NCBI GenBank assembly: GCA_963666345.1
Contig: OY762721.1
Location: 3,168,001-3,232,000 of the forward strand
Reading direction: 5' to 3'
DNA: 64,000 bases
Source: Desulfatiglandales bacterium
Lineage (GTDB): Bacteria > Desulfobacterota > DSM-4660 > Desulfatiglandales > Desulfatiglandaceae
Notes under the pieces: generated by a model
The model's database searches: none
What the model was told of the DNA's origin: nothing
The model's input: the letters and a program-made list of their open reading frames with translations, nothing else
Translations under genes and position numbers: made by a program
Shown here: positions 10,000 to 19,976 of the stretch, piece by piece
How positions within the stretch are numbered: the first letter of the stretch is position 1
Layout of the letters: each line of letters opens with the position of its first letter

Positions 10000-10446
10000 G
10001 TGGAACGGGCGGTAATGCATGCCGAAAGCATATTTCATTCTTTGAGGCGTATAACCCACGCACTTGCCCAGCATAGCAGGCAATTGAACGACAGGTTTAA
10101 CCTGACTGTTCCTCAGGTCTTATGTCTGAGGCAATTGCTCGGTAAGGGGCCGTCTACGATCGGAGACCTGGCTAAAAGTTCTTACTTCAGTCAGGCCACT
10201 ATAACCGGCATTGTTGACAGGCTGGAATCCCGCGGACTTGTGCAAAGGGACCGTAACGACTTTGACAGGAGAAGGGTGATCGTATCTCTCACCGATAAGG
10301 GAAAGGAGCTTGCATGTGATATGCCTGGTCCGCTGCAGGACCGGTTTGCGACTGAATTGAAAGCGTTATGTGAGGAAGATCGAGACCGGATCGACATGGT
10401 ATTGAAGCAGTTGGTTGACATGATGGAGGGGAGAAAAGGTACATAA
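10000..10446 (+). CDS. MarR family transcriptional regulator (possibly EctR/CosR-like)
   Basis: 'LTVPQ', 'ITGIVDRLESRGLV.R', 'DRRRVIVSLTDKG'; directly upstream of an osmolyte transporter. Confidence 0.9.
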   Translation: MERAVMHAESIFHSLRRITHALAQHSRQLNDRFNLTVPQVLCLRQLLGKGPSTIGDLAKSSYFSQATITGIVDRLESRGLVQRDRNDFDRRRVIVSLTDKGKELACDMPGPLQDRFATELKALCEEDRDRIDMVLKQLVDMMEGRKGT

Positions 10447-10612
10447 GATTAAAGATAAGTTTCAAATATAGGATCGTTCAAGTCAAATTGATCCTATTTC
10501 CTTTTTGCCTAAGCAGTTTTAGCCCAATTTTCGACGAAAATATTTTCAAGAAAAGCCTGTCTGCAAAAACGTCCCATAACAGGTAAATGCGCAAATAGAT
10601 AAGAGGACACGA

Positions 10613-11815
10613 ATGGAAGAGAAAATAGCAATAGAAAATCTTTACAAGATCTTTGGGCCTCATCCTGAAAAGGCGATAAAGCTTTTGAAGGAAGGGCAGA
10701 CCAAAGATCAAATAATGGAGAAGACGAAACATGGAGTGGGTGTTGCAGATGCCTCTTTCGTGGTCAACGAGGGAGAAATCCTTGTTGTGATGGGGCTTTC
10801 GGGTAGTGGAAAATCGACCCTGATAAGATGCATAAACAGACTCATTGAGCCGACTTCCGGGAAGGTTATCGTGAACGGTGAGGATGTTACATCTCTTTCC
10901 CCCGAACGGCTAAGGATGTTCAGACAGCATCATTTTGGAATGGTCTTCCAGAATTTCGCGCTTTTTCCCCACAGAACGGTTATCAAAAATGTTGAGTACG
11001 GACTGGAAGTCCAGAATGTGGATCCAAATATCAGGTATGAAAGATCCATGCAGGCCCTTGAGCAGGTAGGCCTTAAAGGGTGGGAGGACGTATATCCCGC
11101 GCAGCTCAGCGGTGGAATGCAGCAGCGGGTGGGACTTGCGAGGGCACTTGCCCTGGATGCCGATATTATGCTTATGGATGAGGCATTCAGCGCACTTGAT
11201 CCTCTTATCCGCAGGGACATGCAGGATGAACTTCTGGCCCTTCAGGAGAGCGTGCATAAGACAATCGTTTTCATAAGTCACGATCTTGATGAGGCACTTA
11301 AACTGGGAGACAGAATCGTTCTGATGAAGGACGGAGTTATAGTTCAGGAGGGAACCGCAGAGGAGATATTGACTAATCCCGCCAATGACTATGTTGCAAA
11401 ATTTGTGGAAGAAGTGGACATGAGCAAGGTCATCACGGCGGAGTCGGTGATGGTTAAGCCTGCGGCCATTGCCTCGTTTAAAACGGACGGCCCCCGTGCG
11501 GCCATGAGAAAGATGAAGCATGCAGGCATATCGAGCATATTCGTAAGGCATGAAGGCAACCTGATCGGAATGGTTACGGCCGACTCGGTAATAGAAGCAA
11601 TCAAGAACGGGGAGAAAAGCCTGGAAAGTTCATTGATAAAGGATTTGCCAACGGTAAGTCCCGACACTCGTGCCATAGATCTTTTCCAGCATCTTGCGGA
11701 ATTAAGCTATCCCTTGGCGGTTGTGGATGAGAATAAAAAATTGAAGGGAATAATAATAAAGGGGACGCTCCTTGCTGCCCTTGCCGAGGGAAGACATAAC
11801 GGGGGGACGGAATAA
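10613..11815 (+). CDS. proV: Glycine betaine/proline ABC transporter ATP-binding subunit with CBS domains
   Basis: GLSGSGKS, LSGGMQQRVGLARAL, MDEAFSALDPLIR, C-terminal CBS pair. Confidence 0.95.
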   Translation: MEEKIAIENLYKIFGPHPEKAIKLLKEGQTKDQIMEKTKHGVGVADASFVVNEGEILVVMGLSGSGKSTLIRCINRLIEPTSGKVIVNGEDVTSLSPERLRMFRQHHFGMVFQNFALFPHRTVIKNVEYGLEVQNVDPNIRYERSMQALEQVGLKGWEDVYPAQLSGGMQQRVGLARALALDADIMLMDEAFSALDPLIRRDMQDELLALQESVHKTIVFISHDLDEALKLGDRIVLMKDGVIVQEGTAEEILTNPANDYVAKFVEEVDMSKVITAESVMVKPAAIASFKTDGPRAAMRKMKHAGISSIFVRHEGNLIGMVTADSVIEAIKNGEKSLESSLIKDLPTVSPDTRAIDLFQHLAELSYPLAVVDENKKLKGIIIKGTLLAALAEGRHNGGTE

Positions 11816-12651
11816 TGGAACAGTTCAAGATACCCATCGGGTCGGTAATTGAAGGTATAATTAATTTTTTCGTTGATCATTTTGCCTTTCTTACAAAGGC
11901 CTTTTCCAAGGTCACTGAACATGGCATAGAAATGCTTGTCAATCTCATGATGTTTTTCCCGCCCTGGCTTCTGATCCTGTTTTTTGCAGCCCTTGCCTAT
12001 ATCCTTACAAAGAAAAGGGGCATTGTCCTTTTCACTTTTCTGGGGCTCTGTCTCATATGGAACCTGGGACTGTGGCCGCCTACGGTGAGCACTCTTTCGC
12101 TGGTTCTCATATCGACGCTATTTGCAATTGCCATAGGTGTCCCGCTAGGCATTCTGGCGGCTATAAGCAATATCTTTTACAGGATCATAATGCCGATTCT
12201 TGATTTCATGCAGACAATGCCTGCGTTTGTGTATCTGATCCCGGCGATTCCCTTTTTCGGGCTTGGTCCTGTGGCCGCCATCTTTTCAACGGTTATTTTT
12301 TCCATGCCTCCGGCCATAAGGCTTACCTGCCTCGGCATCAAGCAGGTACCTAAGGAACTGGTGGAGGCCGCCGATGCGTTCGGCAGCAGCAAGGCCCAGA
12401 AACTTTTCAAGCTCCAGCTCCCCATTGCCACTCCTACAATTATGGCGGGAATCAACCAGACCATCATGCTTGCCCTTTCAATGGTCGTTATAGCCGCGAT
12501 GATCGGGGCGAAAGGCCTAGGAGGCGAGGTATGGAAGGCGATACAGAGGCTTCAGCCTGACAAGGGATTTGAGGCTGGTATCGGTATAGTTATAGTTGCA
12601 ATTATCCTTGACAGGATAATGCAGCAGTTCGGCACCAAAAAGGAGTCCTGA
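11815..12651 (+). CDS. proW: Glycine betaine/proline ABC transporter permease
   Basis: 'LDFMQTMPAFVYLIP', EAA loop, 'MAGINQTIMLALSMVVIA'. Confidence 0.95.
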   Translation: MEQFKIPIGSVIEGIINFFVDHFAFLTKAFSKVTEHGIEMLVNLMMFFPPWLLILFFAALAYILTKKRGIVLFTFLGLCLIWNLGLWPPTVSTLSLVLISTLFAIAIGVPLGILAAISNIFYRIIMPILDFMQTMPAFVYLIPAIPFFGLGPVAAIFSTVIFSMPPAIRLTCLGIKQVPKELVEAADAFGSSKAQKLFKLQLPIATPTIMAGINQTIMLALSMVVIAAMIGAKGLGGEVWKAIQRLQPDKGFEAGIGIVIVAIILDRIMQQFGTKKES

Positions 12652-12733
12652 TCAGGATCGAAGATCAGACCTGGTGATTCGTGATTTATGTCGAAACTTT
12701 TAATAACAACAGATAAAAAGGAGGATAACAGGG

Positions 12734-13588
12734 ATGAAAAAGACTTTGAATATTTTGCTTGCAGCGGTTTTTATGGTTGCTTTTACTCTCGCCCCTTCAG
12801 CTATGGCCGCGAAGGAAAAGGTTGAACTTGTATATGTGGAATGGTCCTGCGCGACAGCAAGCGTTAATGTTGTAAAGGCGGTGCTCCAGGAAAAGATGGG
12901 TTACAAAGTAGAAGTAACTCCCGTAAGCGCGGCCGCCATGTGGCAGGCCCTGGCAACCGGCGATGTCGACGGAATGACGACGGCATGGCTGCCTATCACC
13001 CATGGTCATTATTTGGACAAGGTAAAGGATAAGGTCGTAAACCTGGGGCCCAACTGCAAAGGGGCCGGGATCGGCTTGGTGGTGCCGAAATATGTCACCA
13101 TAGATTCCATAGATGAGCTGAACGCCAATGCGGACAAGTTTGATAAAAAGATCATTGGTATCGACCCTGGTGCTGGAATAATGTCCAAGACCGAAAAAGT
13201 GATTAAGGATTACGGTCTTGATAAATTCAAACTCATGGAAGGTACCGGTGCTATGATGACAGCGGTTCTTGGCGACAGGATCAAGAACAAGGAGTGGGTC
13301 GTCGTTACCGGATGGACGCCTCACTGGAAGTTTGCCAGATGGGACCTAAAGTATCTCAAGGACCCCAAGGGAGTATATGGCGGCGAGGAATATATCGCGA
13401 CCATCGTAAGAAAGGGCCTGGACAAGGACATGCCCGAGGTCTATAAGTTCCTGGATAATTTTTACTGGACCTTGGCTGACATTGGAACAGTCCAGGGATG
13501 GAACACCGAAGAAGGGGCGGATCCCTATAAAAACGCCGTAAGATGGATTAATGAGAACCCGGAAAAGGTCAAAAAATGGCTTGAATGA
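12734..13588 (+). CDS. proX: Glycine betaine ABC transporter substrate-binding protein
   Basis: Signal peptide, 'AWLP', 'GIDPGAG', 'GWTPHWKF' Trp cage (OpuAC type). Confidence 0.93.
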   Translation: MKKTLNILLAAVFMVAFTLAPSAMAAKEKVELVYVEWSCATASVNVVKAVLQEKMGYKVEVTPVSAAAMWQALATGDVDGMTTAWLPITHGHYLDKVKDKVVNLGPNCKGAGIGLVVPKYVTIDSIDELNANADKFDKKIIGIDPGAGIMSKTEKVIKDYGLDKFKLMEGTGAMMTAVLGDRIKNKEWVVVTGWTPHWKFARWDLKYLKDPKGVYGGEEYIATIVRKGLDKDMPEVYKFLDNFYWTLADIGTVQGWNTEEGADPYKNAVRWINENPEKVKKWLE

Positions 13589-13604
13589 TGTAATTAAGAT
13601 AAAG

Positions 13605-13642
13605 AAAGGGCGTCGCCGTTTTTACCGGCGTCGCCTTTTTTT
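13605..13642 (+). terminator. Rho-independent terminator of the proVWX operon
   Basis: GC-rich imperfect stem followed by T7. Confidence 0.65.
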
Positions 13643-13749
13643 ATGTGCGCCCATGCTTTATTAAAAAAAGTTGCGCTAAAATTCCACTGTTTTTTTATCC
13701 AAACATGTCTCAATCATGTCATGATGCGACTACCCTTTTTTGCTTTGCC

Positions 13750-13778
13750 TTGACCGGCCAATCCGGTTGGCTTATAAT
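13750..13778 (+). promoter_or_regulatory. Sigma70-type promoter upstream of usp
   Basis: TTGACC-17 nt-TATAAT. Confidence 0.6.
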
Positions 13779-14100
13779 AAACTAATAAAATCTGATTTTA
13801 CTATAGTAAATATGGTTTCCTGATTCGTTTCTTAAGAAATGATTTTGCCTTTGTAGATCGAGATAAGTGACCGTATAGAACTGAAATTGAACGTGCTTAA
13901 AGCCATTGAGTTCCTATGTCCCGTGTGTTCCCTGATAGACCGTGAAAATCTTTCCGAGTCCGAGCTCGACAACTGCGTCGATGATGCTGCTGTCGGCAGA
14001 TATGCGGGAAATATCGATCTACTTGAATAGCTTAGTCAGTCTGAGGCGGCACGGAATATGCGACTTGTTCGGACAAGCCTAAAATTAGGGAGGGATTAAT

Positions 14101-14547
14101 ATGGAGATAAAAAGTATCTTATGGCCCACTGATCTTTCGGAAAAGGCCGCAGAGGCCCTGCCGCTTGTAACTTCTCTGTCAGAGAAATATCAGGCTGAGA
14201 TTCACCTGGTTTACGTTGTAGAAGATATAGGTCGTTTTGGTGCCTGGTACGGAGACTTTGATTACTCCCACATTGAAAAACTCCAGGAGATTGAACGTAA
14301 AAAGGCTGAACAAGAACTCGAGAGCATTTGCAGTAATCACCTTAAGGGCTGTCCCCTTTACATACGGCATATCGCAACGGGTGATCCGGCAAGTGAAATA
14401 CTTAAGGCCATTGATGATGAAAAGCCGGATCTGGTGATTCTTGCGACTCAGGGCAGACAGGGCCGTTTCGGGTTCGGAGGCGTTGCCGAGAAGGTAATCA
14501 GGCACTCCCCCGCACCGGTGCTTTCAGTTCCGGTAAAGGCTGTTTGA
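14101..14547 (+). CDS. Universal stress protein (UspA family)
   Basis: 'ILWPTDLS', 'GDPASEI', 'GGVAEKVIRHSPAPVLSV'; GGAGG RBS. Confidence 0.93.
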   Translation: MEIKSILWPTDLSEKAAEALPLVTSLSEKYQAEIHLVYVVEDIGRFGAWYGDFDYSHIEKLQEIERKKAEQELESICSNHLKGCPLYIRHIATGDPASEILKAIDDEKPDLVILATQGRQGRFGFGGVAEKVIRHSPAPVLSVPVKAV

Positions 14548-14570
14548 GGACCGGAAAATGTTTGATAAAA

Positions 14571-14603
14571 GGGCTGCGGAAATTTTTCCCCGCGGCTTTT
14601 TTT
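14571..14603 (+). terminator. Rho-independent terminator after usp
   Basis: GCTGCGG/CCGCGGC stem and T tract. Confidence 0.6.
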
Positions 14604-14685
14604 TATCTCTGGACAGAAAGCCGCATCCTAATAGCGGGAGACTAACTGCAAAAGGAATGTTGATTTTCAGATAAAGGGTGACATC

Positions 14686-15558
14686 ATGATGAGAAGAAGC
14701 AGAGTATTTCGCCTTTCAGACGGCAGATCCCTCGGATTTTGCGAGGGGGGTGCCGGGAAAGGCCTCCCCCTTTTTTACTTCCATGGGTTTCCCGGTTCGC
14801 GTCTTGAAATAGAATTTACAGACTCTGCCTCGGAGCATAATAATGTTCGCATAATCGGTGTTGAAAGGCCCGGTTACGGACTTTCTAGTCCAAAGAAAGA
14901 AAGGACCATAAGCGACTGGCCCGCTGATGTTGTCGAACTGGCCGATTTTCTTGAGATCAAAAAATTCTCAATTTTGGGTGTTTCAGGGGGTGGACCATAT
15001 GCGGCTGCATGCGCCCGCTTCATACCTGACCGACTGGAGCGGGTTGGGATAGCCGCGGGTTTGGGCCCTGTGGAGCAACCTGGATCAATGGAGGGCATGA
15101 TATGGCTCAACCGGATAGGGCTCAGACTTGCAAAAATACTTCCTGCCGTTGCGCAGGGGCTTCTAATAACCGGTCTGGCAATTCTGAAATCCAACCCTGA
15201 GGGAATCATGGGATATCTCGCCTCCCATGTGAACCGATACGGCGAGACAGGTCTGTGTAATCCTGAGGCAAGGAAGACCTATGCAAGGTCTTTTAAGGAG
15301 GCGTTCAGAAACGGTTACTGCGGTGTTGCAAGCGATCTTGTCCTATACAGCAGACAGTGGGATTTCAGGTTGGAAGACATCAGGGCCAGAGTGGATATCT
15401 GGCAGGGCCTGGATGATGTCATTGTCCCTTACTGCATGGGCAAGAAATATTCAATGGCTGTTTCAGGTTGCAAGGCGCACTTCTACAAAGGGGCGGGTCA
15501 CTTTTCTCTTATATTTAAATATATGGATGAGATAATAGAAACCCTTTCAGCCGGATGA
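14686..15558 (+). CDS. Alpha/beta fold hydrolase
   Basis: HGFPGS oxyanion motif, GVSGG nucleophile elbow, Asp (DVIVP) and His (GHF). Confidence 0.92.
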   Translation: MMRRSRVFRLSDGRSLGFCEGGAGKGLPLFYFHGFPGSRLEIEFTDSASEHNNVRIIGVERPGYGLSSPKKERTISDWPADVVELADFLEIKKFSILGVSGGGPYAAACARFIPDRLERVGIAAGLGPVEQPGSMEGMIWLNRIGLRLAKILPAVAQGLLITGLAILKSNPEGIMGYLASHVNRYGETGLCNPEARKTYARSFKEAFRNGYCGVASDLVLYSRQWDFRLEDIRARVDIWQGLDDVIVPYCMGKKYSMAVSGCKAHFYKGAGHFSLIFKYMDEIIETLSAG

Positions 15559-15781
15559 TTTGAGAGTTTTACTGGCCTATGTAGCACTTTTTATAAACGT
15601 TGCAGCCCTTCAGGGAATAAAGAGGGCCCTGATTGCCGATTGCCGACCCTTGAGTGCCGGATGGACAGCGGGTAAGAACAGGGAGAAGGACGAACCGATG
15701 TGGGCTGTCTTGAAGAAGTATGATAAGACAACTTAACAAGACAGATCAAAAGGATTTCTTAAACCGCTTGAGTTGAGGCTG

Positions 15782-16075
15782 TTATATCTTTTCGGCCTTT
15801 CCAACCAGGCGGTCGAATTTTTCCACCTCAACGACAGGCGACGTCCTGAAGGTGATTCCGGTTATCTTCTGAAGTTCCACCGAGCTTGCCATGGCCGCTT
15901 CAGAGTTGGGGAAATCGACTGTAAAGACAAGGTCATCCTCCCCCATGACGGCATACATGCTCTTTACATCTCCGCCGTGTCTCTTTATCGCCTCTACGGC
16001 CTTCTCCGTGCGCTCGGCGCTTATTCCTTCCAGCGATTCAGGATTGTAGCGTCCAAACATCAGGAAAATAGACAT
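15782..16075 (-). CDS. GYD domain-containing protein
   Basis: About 97 aa, 'GGDVKSMYAVMGEDDLV' pattern; GGAGG RBS before MSIF. Confidence 0.75.
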   Translation of the reverse strand: MSIFLMFGRYNPESLEGISAERTEKAVEAIKRHGGDVKSMYAVMGEDDLVFTVDFPNSEAAMASSVELQKITGITFRTSPVVEVEKFDRLVGKAEKI

Positions 16076-16304
16076 GATTTCACCTCCCGCTAAATTTGTT
16101 AGGCCTGTTTTGAATGAAATTATATCATTAATTCTACTTTGTGAAAATATCTGAAAACTATCTGCAACCAATTAACCCCTTAGAGGGCGGTATTTTTTTG
16201 CATTGTTTGAATGCGTTGCTCGTGTTAGGTTGTATTGTCAGTCAGATTGTGAAAACAAGTCCCGCCTCTAACGAATGATGCGGAGAAGGAATCAGGAGGG
16301 CCTT

Positions 16305-16712
16305 ATGAGGGTGCTTTACTGGTATTGTGACGATTTCAACTGGGATCCCGCAATCAAGGCCCTGGATGACGCGGGGGAAGCTGAAGCGGGCCGTAATGAA
16401 AAGTGCGTGGTCGCCTTCATACATGTTGAGCCGGAGGATGTTTCAGAGACCGGCTCTGCGGAGACAAAGCTGGTAAAAAATGCCAAATGGCTTGCCAGAA
16501 AGTGGAAAACAGATCTGATAATCCTGCATTCCTTTACCCATCTGGGGGAAATCAAGGCTGAACCGGAAGAGGCGCGAAGCCTTCTGGACAGGGTAGAGCA
16601 AAGAATCAAAGGTGCGGGATATCGGACTGTGCAGACCCCTTACGGCTATTTTCTCGATCTTGATCTCAAGGCGCCCGGCCACCCGCTTGCAAGGATATAT
16701 AAGGAATTTTGA
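16305..16712 (+). CDS. Free-standing archaeal-type threonyl-tRNA synthetase editing domain protein
   Basis: 'MRVLYWYCD', 'VVAFIHVE..D', 'LHSFTHL', 'TPYGYF', 'GHPLARIYKEF' resemble the tRNA-Thr_ED fold; GGAGG RBS. Confidence 0.8.
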   Translation: MRVLYWYCDDFNWDPAIKALDDAGEAEAGRNEKCVVAFIHVEPEDVSETGSAETKLVKNAKWLARKWKTDLIILHSFTHLGEIKAEPEEARSLLDRVEQRIKGAGYRTVQTPYGYFLDLDLKAPGHPLARIYKEF

Positions 16713-16788
16713 AAAGGGCTGATTATCCCTTGCAAGGAAGGCGAAATATGGGCGCCAAGGATTAATTGTTTAAAAATTATATGAAAGA

Positions 16789-17781
16789 TCAATCATTGTC
16801 TCCGTCAAGCAGCCCTCCCAGAGAACCGAGGATAGAACCCTCGCCCTTGCTGCCTCCCCTCTGAGGAGCGGATTGGAGCATTCGGCCGGCCAGGCGTGAA
16901 AAGGGGAGGGACTGAAGCCACACCCTGCCCGGGCCCTGCATGACCGCGAAAAAGAGACCTTCACCACCGAAGAGCGCTGTCTTGATATTGCCTGCCTGCT
17001 GGATATCAAACCCGACGTTGGCTTCATAGGCCACTACGCATCCGGTATCAACGTGAACAACTTCGCCGGGCGCAAGTTTTCTTTCGACAACCGTGCCGCC
17101 TGCGTGCATGAAAACCTGTCCGTCTCCTTCCAGTTTCTGCATTATGAAGCCTTCGCCTCCGAACAGCCCGGTCAGTATCTTTTTTTGAAATGCGATACCG
17201 ATTGATACCCCCTTGGCGGCGCACAGAAAGCAATCCTTCTGACAGATAAGCGTTCCTCCCACGTTATCCAGCTTTACCGGGATTATGTTGCCGGGATATG
17301 GGGCCCCGAAGGCAACGTGTGCCTTGCCCTGTCCCGTATGGGTAAAAACGGTCATAAAGAGGCTTTCGCCGGTCAGGAGCCTTTTCCCGGCACCCATCAG
17401 CTTGTTCATGAAACCGCCCCCGTCGCAGTGGGAGCCGTCTCCGAAGACCGCCTCCATCTGAACCGTACTGTCCTTGTACATCATGGCGCCTGCCTCCGCC
17501 ACCGCGCTTTCCCCCGGATCGAGCTCAACTTCCACAAACTGCATCTCGGCACCCATAATCCTGAAATCGATTTCATCAGCGCCTCTGGTAACAGGTGGAG
17601 GAGGTGCAGCCGTAGGATAAGCCGTCTGATTCAGCTCAGCGACCTGGCAGATAGGGAGCCATTCGGCGAATCCCTCTTTCCAACAAAAACCGTTGGAATT
17701 CTTTTTCGATTCCGCCCGGGCCTGGGAAATATCAAAAGGCCCATACTGCTGACCATCATAGCTTAAATACCATTGTGCCAT
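16789..17781 (-). CDS. TIGR00266/AIM24 family protein with N-terminal GYF_2 (DUF4339) domain
   Basis: N-terminal 'WY..DGQQYGP...W.EGFAEW.PI..V.EL'; AIM24 motifs 'AEAGAMM', 'GLFGGEGF', 'GPGRVWLQSLP'. Confidence 0.88.
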   Translation of the reverse strand: MAQWYLSYDGQQYGPFDISQARAESKKNSNGFCWKEGFAEWLPICQVAELNQTAYPTAAPPPPVTRGADEIDFRIMGAEMQFVEVELDPGESAVAEAGAMMYKDSTVQMEAVFGDGSHCDGGGFMNKLMGAGKRLLTGESLFMTVFTHTGQGKAHVAFGAPYPGNIIPVKLDNVGGTLICQKDCFLCAAKGVSIGIAFQKKILTGLFGGEGFIMQKLEGDGQVFMHAGGTVVERKLAPGEVVHVDTGCVVAYEANVGFDIQQAGNIKTALFGGEGLFFAVMQGPGRVWLQSLPFSRLAGRMLQSAPQRGGSKGEGSILGSLGGLLDGDND

Positions 17782-17845
17782 GTCTATACTCCTGTCATAT
17801 AGTGTGTTTTCAATATGCCACCACCAGTATATTGTCGGGGCAAAG

Positions 17846-18493
17846 TCAGATCATGACGCCAAGCTCCCGGTGAATCAGATGACATTCGTCCTGGTTTAGC
17901 TTCAGCCTATCCGCCAGGCTTTTCAGGTAGTTCCTTTCAGCGTCCGTATCAACCTCAATTGCCATCAGGGATACAGCATAAACCTGTTTGGCAATATCCT
18001 TTGATTTAACCTGGCCGACAACCGTCTCAAGGTCACAGGGCGAGGCCAGTTCATTATCTATGAATTCCCGTTCTTCGCGGCTAAGGTCTAGGGAATCAAG
18101 CTTTTTCATTATGTTCCGCCGTTCGTCCTGGTCGATCGTCCCGTCGGCGTTTGCTGAAGAAATCATGGCCCTTAATAGCAGGATCGCACCATTTTCATCT
18201 TCGCTTTGCGGCGGGGAGTCTCCCTGCCTGCCGGGAGGAGGCGGTGGAGAATTTGTGCCAGGCACCGGAGGTGGAGTTCTTTGTGCCTGGGGAGGTGCGG
18301 GCGGGGGACCGCCTGCAGGTGGGCCGGGAGGTGCCTTACCCGTGGGGGTCTGCCCCGGTTTGTTCATGAAGTGTTCGGCTGCTGCCATGGCAGCACCAAG
18401 GACTCCCATGCCGACAGCCGCTCTGGTGCCGAGCCGGCCCATTCCGGTACTTTGTTTAAGCAGACCTCCCAGAAGTTTTTCAGGATTAAACAT
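17846..18493 (-). CDS. DUF533/TerB-fold (YebE-like) protein with Pro-rich linker
   Basis: 'LLRAMISSANADGTID..ER', 'VYAVSLMAIEVDT.AER.YL..LA..L'. Confidence 0.82.
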   Translation of the reverse strand: MFNPEKLLGGLLKQSTGMGRLGTRAAVGMGVLGAAMAAAEHFMNKPGQTPTGKAPPGPPAGGPPPAPPQAQRTPPPVPGTNSPPPPPGRQGDSPPQSEDENGAILLLRAMISSANADGTIDQDERRNIMKKLDSLDLSREEREFIDNELASPCDLETVVGQVKSKDIAKQVYAVSLMAIEVDTDAERNYLKSLADRLKLNQDECHLIHRELGVMI

Positions 18494-18928
18494 GGTGATT
18501 CCTTTCTTGATTGTTGTTTCAGGAAAACAGCGGGTTACAGCAGAAAAATCGAATATTACAATTTTTCCAAAAGTTATGGAAAAGTATAGCAGTCTGATAG
18601 ATGTTTTGCAATTTTTTGTTTGGTTACCCTTAAGCAGGCGTTAGAATTTTTCTAAGATATTCGGGCAATCCGGAATTGGAAAAGGATTGCATTTTACTTC
18701 TCTGTAAAATTAGAGCGGGCAGGGGCACATGGGGCAAAAAAAATTGTCTGATATCCGGATGCCATACCAGATAAGGAGTCAGAAACCGGGATAAATATTG
18801 TGATTGATTTCCCTTGTTTACTGTGGGCAGATTTTGTCGGGAACCACAGGTTTATTTTGTTATGTCGGGGAGTAACGGCTTGAATTAATACAGGGAATGT
18901 TAGGAATCCGGGAAAATGGAAAAAATTA

Positions 18929-18971
18929 TTGACAAGGAAAATTAAAAAGTGATAAAACTGGTCCGACCAGT
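18929..18971 (+). promoter_or_regulatory. Promoter overlapped by a FadR-type operator ACTGGTCCGACCAGT
   Basis: Perfect palindrome at 18957-18971 matching the FadR-subfamily TGGTnnnACCA box; TTGACA at 18929 and TGn-TAAAAC. Confidence 0.8.
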
Positions 18972-19012
18972 AGCTAAGAATCTAAGATGTCGCTAACCTG
19001 GAGTTTCTGCCG

Positions 19013-19720
19013 ATGGATCTAAAACCGATCAAAAGAAAACGTCTTTCAGAATCCGCCATTGATGAGATAAAGGATTTCATCATGAGCAACGAACTCAAGG
19101 AAGGGGACCAGCTCCCATCTGAAAGGGTGCTTGTCCAGAAACTTGAGATAAGCAGGAGTTCCATAAGGGAAGCCCTCCGCATGCTGGAGATCACCGGGTT
19201 GGTTGAAGTAAAGCCCGGCAGAGGCATATTCGTAAGAGACCTTACCGGTGACATATTTACTCCGCTTTCCTCGTGGGTGTCGAATAACAAGGATGCGATA
19301 TACAAACACTTTGAAGCCCGTCTGATACTTGAGCCTGAAATAGCCGCTCTTGCCGCACGAAGGATATCTGAAAAAGATATCCGCCTAATCGAAGAGAACA
19401 TAAAACTTCAGAAGGGCTACGCCGAAAATGAAATCGTTTCCATTATCCGCGCTGATATCGAATTCCACCGTCTTGTTGCCGAATCGGCAAAAAATGAAAC
19501 CATAACCATGCTGATGCATTCTCTGGCCAAGATCTCCTTTCAGGGCTGGAAGGCCGCCCTCAGGGTCGAAGGGAGAAATGACACCGCATGCAGGGAACAC
19601 ATCGAACTGGTGGGCCTTCTGGCCAAGGGAGATGAGAAGGGTTCGCGAAAAGCGATGCGGGAGCATATGCTCGGATCTATTAAGTTGCTGAAAGAACAGG
19701 GTTTGGATTTTCTAGGTTAA
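19013..19720 (+). CDS. FadR/GntR family transcriptional regulator (FCD domain)
   Basis: 'LPSER.L...L.ISRSSIREAL', 'ADIEFH', 'EH'. Confidence 0.95.
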   Translation: MDLKPIKRKRLSESAIDEIKDFIMSNELKEGDQLPSERVLVQKLEISRSSIREALRMLEITGLVEVKPGRGIFVRDLTGDIFTPLSSWVSNNKDAIYKHFEARLILEPEIAALAARRISEKDIRLIEENIKLQKGYAENEIVSIIRADIEFHRLVAESAKNETITMLMHSLAKISFQGWKAALRVEGRNDTACREHIELVGLLAKGDEKGSRKAMREHMLGSIKLLKEQGLDFLG

Positions 19721-19976
19721 TAACTTTTTAAGCAATTCCAGAAAAATATGATTTTTGATATTTCTTCCACCTTTTGAAGGCGTATCGATTATGCCTGAAA
19801 ACAGAGAGTCTTCCTGATAGGTTAAACCGGTTCCGCAACCGGTATCGCTTTCAGCTCTTTGCCGGGAGCGTCTCTCCGTCATGAGAGTCTAAAGGGGGAA
19901 GGAGTATGTCTGTTCCGGTAAAACGTTCCGGGACCCGGTCAATAACCATTAAACGTGATTTATGGAGGGGAATTTC

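Noticed and set aside
17988..18644. 218-aa Gly-rich plus-strand ORF
   Set aside because: Antisense shadow of the Pro-rich DUF533 gene
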